A stretch of DNA of 52,173 nt from Coleofasciculus sp. B1-GNL1-01 (GTDB lineage Bacteria; Cyanobacteriota; Cyanobacteriia; Cyanobacteriales; Coleofasciculaceae), in the NCBI GenBank assembly GCA_040220235.1, contig JAVJTO010000020.1; one strand, given 5' to 3'. Every line of letters starts with the position of its first letter. The stretch's first letter is position 1. Positions 42,250-49,139 of this stretch are shown one piece after another. A program made the position numbers and the translations under genes. The notes under the pieces were generated by a model that saw only the letters and a program-made list of their open reading frames with translations, was not told the DNA's origin and did no database searches.

Positions 42250-42528
42250 ATGTTTGAACTAATCGTGCAAAACGAGATTGTCGGGGAAATCGTCTTTAGT
42301 ATCGCACCCGATGGATTTGGTGTGATTAATCTCATCGAAGTTAAGCCTAACTGTCGAGGTAAAGGATTCGGAAATCAGCTTTTAAACGAAGCGATCGCTC
42401 AACTTAAATGCCAAGGCGTTAAAGGAATACGTCTGACTCCAATCAAAACCAAGAATCCTTTTATCGTAGATTGGTACAAAAAGAAAGGATTTGTCTTAAA
42501 CAGAGACAGGATGCTTTTAACGTTTTAA
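42250..42528 (+). CDS. Small GNAT-family acetyltransferase
   Basis: IEVKPNCRGKGFG (motif A) and WYKKKGF. Confidence 0.8.
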   Translation: MFELIVQNEIVGEIVFSIAPDGFGVINLIEVKPNCRGKGFGNQLLNEAIAQLKCQGVKGIRLTPIKTKNPFIVDWYKKKGFVLNRDRMLLTF

Positions 42529-42858
42529 CGGGTAATACTGAGAGTTTAATGGGCGCAAGGCTTTGCGCCCTTTCAGTTTCTGGGTGCGAGGCTAATCTCT
42601 TCAATTAGGTGTGCCATGCCTATTTAGGAGCTGCTGAATAAGTGTTGTGCTGAGGGGAAGCGGGGGAAGCCGGGGGAGATGAGGGAGATGAGGAGATGAG
42701 GGAGATGAGGGAGATGCTGCTTTTTAGGTAAAAGTGCAAGGTTTTTGACCGAAGAGACACCAAAACGAAAGCACTTATTGGGTCAAAAAATGGCTTTCCA
42801 CCCTTGTGTGGTATACCATCTACACTCATGCAGTAAGCCCTACCTATCCATAACTAAT

Positions 42859-42886
42859 GTAGAGACGTAGCATGCTACGTCTCTAC
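42859..42886. repeat. GTAG-type REP palindrome
   Basis: GTAGAGACGTAGCATGCTACGTCTCTAC. Confidence 0.7.
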
Positions 42887-42951
42887 AAATAGCGGCTTTT
42901 ATCCTTTTAGAACTCTCCTGGAAGAGAATGAAAAGCCGCCCTCTTCACAGA

Positions 42952-43422
42952 TTAGGTGAGTACAGTAAACTCAAACAAGTCGTAACTATCACCCCGGAGT
43001 ACAGATTCCGTTTGAGTTGCCTTTAGTTTCGATTGAAGTAGTTCCCCTAAGACTCCCCAAACTAGACCGAGTGTAAAAGTACACTTGGGAGGAGTTTCCT
43101 CAGTTCCACCGATAGCACAGAGGGTTTCTAAGGTGTAGACTTTGATCGAATCACCGTCCCGAACAATCCGATCAATGATGCAAAGACGAGAACCTTGTTC
43201 TCCCAAAAGTTCCGTGATTTGTTTGGCGGCATCCTCTAAGTTTTGTTCCGAACCTTTGAAGCCCAACTTTTCAGCAACTTCCTTACCGTGCTTCCGACCC
43301 GCAGAGGTCAGTGCTACGGCTGTAGCCTTGTCCCCTAAAGCGTCTGTCATGCCTTCCACAATCGCTCGGAAGGATTCAATGCTGCTGAGTTGTCCTAGTT
43401 TATCGCGTTTTAGTTCTAACAC
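42952..43422 (-). CDS. Stand-alone V4R-domain protein, paralog of 40676..41146
   Basis: Same length (156 aa) and motifs. Confidence 0.8.
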   Translation of the reverse strand: MLELKRDKLGQLSSIESFRAIVEGMTDALGDKATAVALTSAGRKHGKEVAEKLGFKGSEQNLEDAAKQITELLGEQGSRLCIIDRIVRDGDSIKVYTLETLCAIGGTEETPPKCTFTLGLVWGVLGELLQSKLKATQTESVLRGDSYDLFEFTVLT

Positions 43423-43599
43423 ATTTGCTCCTTACTTTTAGGATAGATTAATGAGATGTGTTCTTCATTTATCTAGGTGTTTAGTTATACAGAAGTAATC
43501 CTATAAGTTTCTTAATGTTCGGGCGTGATTAACAACCATGCCTAAACTAAAAAACTCTTAAGAGTTTACACTCATTTTTACATCTGTAATACTTTTAAA

Positions 43600-43628
43600 C
43601 CATACTAAGCTTAGCTTAGAACTCCGGA
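43600..43628 (-). promoter_or_regulatory. DIF1-like promoter
   Basis: TCCGGA at 43623-43628, N17, then GTATGG. Confidence 0.55.
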
Positions 43629-43767
43629 AAAAGCCCAAGATTTTCTGGTTCTATCAATCAAAAAAATAAAACGAAATATTGTTAGGTACAAAATAATAAA
43701 AATTGAATAATTCATTTCCTCGCAAGTTTCCAAAAATATATCAACTCTAACAAATAACGTTAAAGTT

Positions 43768-44880
43768 TTAGGTCAGTGGGGTCGTTTGCGAATAAATTTG
43801 GATATTTCGACGTTGCATCGCTTGTACAAATAACTCCGTTGCCAGCGCTTGTTCAACCGACCAAACACCGGGTTTACTGAGTTGACCTGCCAAGATACAC
43901 TGGGCAATGCTGCCTGTACCCGCACCAGCCGCCGCTGCCGTATTTTCATGTACCAAGGTGGAGACAATCGTGATCGGTTTGCCAGCCTGGTAACCTGTGA
44001 CTTGAGCGCGAATGGCAATTCCAATGCCACTGATGCGATCGCTAAATTGGGTCATGCGGTAGCTGAGTTGGGATAAATACTCGATATTTTCGGGTTTCCT
44101 TAACCAATTGGTGGGAAACAGATGGGCGGTGATCCAAGTGAGGTGGTTATAAATATCGGGAATTGAGCCAAACTTGGTGATCACCGTTTTCACGGGGAAG
44201 GAATTGACAAGGGTAACGGTTTCGGGTACATCAAACCAATAGACGCCAACCTTGCCATAAGGTTGAGGGAAATGAACCGTTTCGCGATCGCTATAGGGTT
44301 TTACCTGACGCCACTGGTTATCAATCCACGCTTCAAAGGGTTCTGTTAACCCTAGAAACGTGGTTCGCAGAACGGTTACGCCAGCGCCACCGGAACCCGC
44401 TACGCCATAACTCAGGTGAATGGTTTCTGGCTGATCCAATTGTTCCACCGCCTGACGCACCATGCTATTGGAGATTCCCGGAAAAACCCCAGTATTGATA
44501 ATCGCCGTGACACCCGCCGCCGCTGCTGCTTCGTGATAGGCGAAGGCTTTGTGCATAAAGGTACGATTATCACTTACATCCAGATAATTTACGCCCATCT
44601 CGATGCAGGTTTTGAGAACCGAGGCGTCGCGATAGAGAAAAGGACCCGCACAATGGATAACCAGATTATGAGACGCGATCGCATCCCTTAACCCATCGCG
44701 ATCGGCTAAATCTAGGGTGAGAAACTGCACCTGCGGTTGAACCTGTGGCGAAAATGCTGTCTCTGATGCCCTGTGACGCCCTGTAATCGTAATTTGTGCT
44801 TGGGTATGGGCAATGAGATCTTGCATAACATTGCTGCCGATACGTCCTCGTCCTCCCAGAATCAAAACTTGGTCTGTCAT
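43768..44880 (-). CDS. Saccharopine dehydrogenase-like oxidoreductase
   Basis: GGRGRIG Rossmann motif, HCAGPF, YLDVSD, GVFPGISN. Confidence 0.85.
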   Translation of the reverse strand: MTDQVLILGGRGRIGSNVMQDLIAHTQAQITITGRHRASETAFSPQVQPQVQFLTLDLADRDGLRDAIASHNLVIHCAGPFLYRDASVLKTCIEMGVNYLDVSDNRTFMHKAFAYHEAAAAAGVTAIINTGVFPGISNSMVRQAVEQLDQPETIHLSYGVAGSGGAGVTVLRTTFLGLTEPFEAWIDNQWRQVKPYSDRETVHFPQPYGKVGVYWFDVPETVTLVNSFPVKTVITKFGSIPDIYNHLTWITAHLFPTNWLRKPENIEYLSQLSYRMTQFSDRISGIGIAIRAQVTGYQAGKPITIVSTLVHENTAAAAGAGTGSIAQCILAGQLSKPGVWSVEQALATELFVQAMQRRNIQIYSQTTPLT

Positions 44881-45012
44881 TGCCCAATTTAGTAATATCC
44901 TTACTGAAGCTTACCAAGTCCTTTACCCCTGAGATCAAGGTTGTCGCTACCTTGGATGTCAAAAGTCATCTATTCAAACCTCAACAGTCTTCAGATTTGA
45001 TCTAATCCGGTA

Positions 45013-45211
45013 AGACGTCCTTCACGTTTAGTGGCGGGATGAATTGCCAGAAAAGATGGTAGTATCTGTACATACCGTCGGGCGGACGGAAATTCACGCT
45101 TGAGGAGTACGGAGCATACCGTAGACATGAGTGTATAAGACCACAGTAAGGGAAACCTGAACGGCAATATTCAGCCCAAGAATCCCTCGCTTTTAGCGAA
45201 GGGAGCGTCAA
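45013..45211 (+). mobile_element. Non-autonomous mini IS200/IS605 element with TnpB omegaRNA-like right end
   Basis: Left-end-like hairpin, TACCGTCGGGCGGACGGAAATTCACGCTTG, and right-end hairpin GAATCCCTCGCTTTTAGCGAAGGGAGCG-TCAA; no transposase ORF. Confidence 0.65.
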
Positions 45212-45498
45212 AGTAAACGTGCTTACCGAAAAAATCCGGATGGATACGGCTGGACTCGGTAAGGAGTGACGTATCTCTGCCCAAGTTGAGATACATCCCA
45301 TCCCTGACCAATGCAGATAGCTGATCCAAGGAAAACAGAATGAAGTTACTCAAGAGAGATATCTCTATAATCTCTCCAGAGGATAAAAACTGCCTAAAAA
45401 CGACATCTCTTCTCAGTCCAAAAGTTTGGCTGATTTGAATTGTCGCGGCTATACTGGCAAGGTCTGGATATTTCTGTAACGGCAGTCATAAGTAGTAT

Positions 45499-45825
45499 AT
45501 GAGTCCTGTGGTTAAAGTTGTTCAACCCTCTGGTATCTTAGATGGCACAAAAGCCGGTCAATTTCGTCAAGAGATTAGCGACCTTGTGCAATCGAATGCC
45601 GACATCGTATTGATTGATTTTCAAGACGTTACCTTTATGGATAGTTCGGGCTTAGGGGCGCTAGTTCTTGCCCTTAAGACCGTTCGTGCTGCTGGGGGAA
45701 AGCTCTTTGTTTGTTCAGTCAACGAACAGATCAAAATGTTATTTGAACTGACAAGCATGGATCGGGTGTTTGAAATCTTTCCCACACGAGAAGCGTTTGA
45801 GGAGGCTGTCTCTTCTAGTGCATAA
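45499..45825 (+). CDS. STAS anti-sigma-factor antagonist
   Basis: VTFMDSSGLGAL with the phosphoacceptor Ser. Confidence 0.93.
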   Translation: MSPVVKVVQPSGILDGTKAGQFRQEISDLVQSNADIVLIDFQDVTFMDSSGLGALVLALKTVRAAGGKLFVCSVNEQIKMLFELTSMDRVFEIFPTREAFEEAVSSSA

Positions 45826-46464
45826 TTCTCTGGGTTAGCCCAATTTGGCGAAGCCCAGTAAGAATCCCCGTGCGGAAGGGGGAGTGTTAAGCTCCTAAGT
45901 AACTGATCACCTTTTAGTAACAACCCGCCAGGAATGCAAATCCTTGGCGGGAAACTCTTCTATGCAAATATGGGGTTCTATGGCTAATACCCAATCCGTT
46001 TGGGGAATTTTGACATGGGTATTAGTAGCGAGCAAGATGCAAAGCCTGCGGCATGGCTTCGCTAAACGCACTACAAGGCTTTCGCCGTTATTGATATTAA
46101 GGTTTAAATGCCGAACAGCTTATTTACAAAACTTAATGCGAATGGCGCTGACTGGTATGCTGGTGGGTTTCGACTTCGCTCAACCCACCCTACTGGCGTG
46201 ACCCACCTAAAATAGGACTTTGTTTGTAGTGAGAACTTTAGTTCTCTCTCCGCCTATCTGGAGAGGGCTGAGGTTCCCTCACTACGAACCCAATCTATTG
46301 CACCAAATTAGCTGGGTCAAGCCACTACGGTATATCAAGGTTTTATTGAGCCAAAAATGCTGAGCGTGCCATTTTAACTTAAAGGGGAGAGTCAACCCAA
46401 ATTGAGGGCGGGAAACCCCGACGTCAGCCGTTCCTTCGCCAGCTTAGGAAGTCGGGGAGCCTAT

Positions 46465-47604
46465 CTAGTCAAAGTTAATTTCTAGCAAAGACAAATCATC
46501 ATCGAAAAAGTCTTTGGGGTTTAATATGTCAACGCCCTCTAAGATCGAGTTTAGATTACACGAGCTATCTATTCTACACTCACCCAGAAGTTTGACGAAT
46601 GAGTCAAGTCCCCAGATATTACCATCAGGTTGGTGAATCTCGTAAATCCCATCGCTGAAAATGTAAAGGGAACTGGATTCGCTGACGTCGCAGCTATCAT
46701 CAACATACTCAGCCTCAAGCAGCATACCTACAGGCAGTCCCGTTGTCTTCAAGAGATTGACCTCCCGACTAGACGATGGCTTACCCGAAAATAAGACAGC
46801 CGGTGGATGTCCAGCACTGGCATAAACAAGTTGACGCTTTGCCCGATTATAGACTCCATACCAGATAGTAAAGTATTTATCGTTGCGTGCTGTCATCTGA
46901 AAGGTTTGGTTTAACCCTCGCAGAACGTCGCTGGGTTGGTAATAGTCAATATTCGGCAGGGTGCGTGATCTCAATAGATTTAACACCGAAAGCGTTGGTA
47001 AAGCGGCTCTCAAGCCATGCCCAGCCGTATCTAACAGATAAATTGCCAGGTGTTCTGAATCCAACCAGTAGTAATCGAAGCCATCACCTCCTAATTGCCG
47101 AGATGGAATGAATCGAGACTCAATAGTCACAGGCGGTTCAGTCATCTGGTCTGGCAGAATGGAACGGACGTACTCCGCCGCTTCTGCGAGTTCCATTTCC
47201 AGCAACTGTTTTTGGTGCTGCAAATCGCGGCTTAGTTCATGCAATCTCAAGCCGGAACGTACTCGCGCCTGCAACTCAGCGATTTCGATTGGCTTACAGA
47301 TAAAGTCATCCGCCCCAGCATCCAGTCCCTTGACGCGATCCCCAACGGAACCGAGAGAGGTCAGCAGGATAAACATAGTCGTGGATAGTGCTGGGGTTGC
47401 CTTAATTTGACGACAGACTTCTAGTCCGTTCATCCTTGGCATAATCCAATCACAAATGACCAACGCCGGACGCAACTGCTGCACAAGTTCAAGACCCTCT
47501 TCGCCGTTACTAGCGATGGTGACGTCATAACCTTGGTTATGAAGCGTCCGTTTCAGCAGTATTTGAATGGCAGGGTCGTCATCAATAATTAGAATTTGGG
47601 TCAT
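46465..47604 (-). CDS. Response-regulator receiver plus PP2C/SpoIIE phosphatase (RsbU-like)
   Basis: IIDDD, CDWIMP, KP; GGDGFD, DTAGHG, SAGHPP, SDG, DDLS. Confidence 0.93.
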   Translation of the reverse strand: MTQILIIDDDPAIQILLKRTLHNQGYDVTIASNGEEGLELVQQLRPALVICDWIMPRMNGLEVCRQIKATPALSTTMFILLTSLGSVGDRVKGLDAGADDFICKPIEIAELQARVRSGLRLHELSRDLQHQKQLLEMELAEAAEYVRSILPDQMTEPPVTIESRFIPSRQLGGDGFDYYWLDSEHLAIYLLDTAGHGLRAALPTLSVLNLLRSRTLPNIDYYQPSDVLRGLNQTFQMTARNDKYFTIWYGVYNRAKRQLVYASAGHPPAVLFSGKPSSSREVNLLKTTGLPVGMLLEAEYVDDSCDVSESSSLYIFSDGIYEIHQPDGNIWGLDSFVKLLGECRIDSSCNLNSILEGVDILNPKDFFDDDLSLLEINFD

Positions 47605-47820
47605 GGCATCGAGATAATACAAGTCACTCAAGGAGATTGCAGATGCACGCGCTTACAACAAGAAGAAAGACTCGATGAAGCTATGGGTACTTTCATGAGA
47701 AAGTGATAAAGATCGCAATGTCAGTGAATAAATGGTAGAGCAAGGGATAAATCTAGGGTAGACTGGATTTTTTCACAGGGAGTATCTGTTCATTTTAATT
47801 CTGGCTTTGATGTCGTTGAT

Positions 47821-48264
47821 GTGAAAGGCTTTGAGCAGTTGAGAGAGCTTCAAACATTTAGCAAGCAATTTCCTTCCGACCTGAATGCGTTAGACCAGGT
47901 TTTATCCTGGTTTGGGGAGCTTCACCCCTCCTCAATCGAAACAAAAGTCTGGTTACAGTGCAAACTAGCGCTTGCGGAAGGATACACGAACGCGGTGAAA
48001 TATGCCCACAAAGACTTACCGCCCAGCGTTTCCATTGAGGTTGAGGTGATTTTGGCGCAATCGCCCCAACGCCTAGAGATACGGGTTTGGGACTCTGGAG
48101 CGCCTTTTGATTTTGAACGGCGACTCCGCACTCCGTCGTCCTTGCCTAATGACCAGGCTGAAGGAGGGCGAGGATTGGCTATCATGCAAAAAATTGCCGA
48201 TAAGCTCAGTTATACACGCATGGATGATAACCGCAACTGTTTGACGATTGTTAAATTTTATTAA
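47821..48264 (+). CDS. RsbW-like anti-sigma factor / Ser kinase
   Basis: EGYTNAVKYA (N box), WDSG and GGRGL. Confidence 0.9.
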   Translation: MKGFEQLRELQTFSKQFPSDLNALDQVLSWFGELHPSSIETKVWLQCKLALAEGYTNAVKYAHKDLPPSVSIEVEVILAQSPQRLEIRVWDSGAPFDFERRLRTPSSLPNDQAEGGRGLAIMQKIADKLSYTRMDDNRNCLTIVKFY

Positions 48265-48396
48265 AAATCCCGGCAGCCCGGTGTCGGGAAGCAGGGGAAC
48301 GGGGATACCAGGTGCAGGGTGCATATTTCAGCCGTAGTCGTCTACGTCTGGGGCAAAGAGACCGGGAAAAAATTGATCGGCTTTCCGATAAGCGAA

Positions 48397-48419
48397 AACC
48401 CAGCTTGAGAAGCTGGGTT
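48397..48419 (-). terminator. Rho-independent terminator for a minus-strand transcript
   Basis: AACCCAGCTT-N3-AAGCTGGGTT stem running into a short T-tract on the minus strand. Confidence 0.6.
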
Positions 48420-48533
48420 ACTGTTTAGGCTTTACCTTCAATTGCTCTATCTGCTCCGAATAACTGAATCAAACTGGGTTAAATCTAGCTTGATGCTCAC
48501 TAGAATTCAGGGGCTTACCTGGTGAATCACCAT

Positions 48534-48677
48534 TTAGCGACCGCTGCCGCGATTGTCATCGTTGCCCTTAGCATCAAACGTAAGACGCTTGGCTGATTGA
48601 TTGGATAAAATGACTACGCTTTCACGTTTTCCCCTAAAGTAGGATGCTAGTGAAAACTTGCTTCTGTTGTTGCACAT
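48534..48677 (-). CDS. 47-aa peptide ending in RGSGR (PatS-like), absent from the ORF track
   Basis: Manual translation MCNNRSKFSLASYFRGKRESVVILSNQSAKRLTFDAKGNDDNRGSGR-stop; GGAG 11 nt before ATG; terminator downstream. Confidence 0.65.
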   Translation of the reverse strand: MCNNRSKFSLASYFRGKRESVVILSNQSAKRLTFDAKGNDDNRGSGR

Positions 48678-48781
48678 CGCTTGTAGATCTCCGTGTCCAA
48701 GTTGCTACAGCCTTTTTTCCAATCGACAGCGTGCAAATCAGGACAAACCCTAAAATTGGGAGTAGGATGGGCGGGGGCTTG

Positions 48782-48843
48782 GGGAGATGAGGGAGATGAG
48801 GGAGATGAGGGAGATGAGGGAGATGAGGGAGATGAGGGAGATG
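48782..48843. repeat. 9-bp tandem repeat (GGGAGATGA, about 7 copies)
   Basis: Read directly; a similar run lies at about 42675-42717. Confidence 0.85.
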
Positions 48844-48930
48844 GGGGAGCTGGGGAAGCTGGGGCAGAAAAAATTCGATTTAGAAGTTATAGCAGCTATA
48901 GCAGCTACCTTGGCAGGGAAAGGACATTCT

Positions 48931-48995
48931 TTACTATTCCCTGTTCCCTGTTCCCTAATCTCAACCGTTAACTTTAATGAAAGTCCACCTACTTA
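48931..48995. mobile_element. MITE right-end fragment, 1..131 family
   Basis: TGTTCCC repeats followed by AATCTCAACCGTTAACTTTAATGAAAGTCCACCTACTTA. Confidence 0.65.
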
Positions 48996-49139
48996 GCGCT
49001 GTATCAGAGCAGTATTGGTATGCCAATGTCAGGAATCCATTCAGGAGGATGTCAAAATAGAACTACTGCACACTGAACCCAGTTGGGTACAGTGTTTTTC
49101 GTCCCGTCCCCCTGTCGTCACCTATTGGAAAGAGCGAGT

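Noticed and set aside
42205..42610. GNAT gene as an integron cassette
   Set aside because: No convincing RYYYAAC/GTTRRRY attC pair and no integrase.
27028..43441. Plus-strand ORFs antisense to aquaporin, roadblock and V4R genes (e.g. 27028, 31419, 33065, 34048, 35764, 40866, 43142)
   Set aside because: Shadow frames of real genes; their mutual similarity only reflects the duplicated sense genes.
45002..45353. ORFs 45002..45301 and 45171..45353
   Set aside because: They overlap the mini IS200/IS605 element and show no protein motif.
48693..48996. ORFs encoding GDE or MRE repeats
   Set aside because: Translations of the 9-bp GGGAGATGA tandem repeat and a MITE end.
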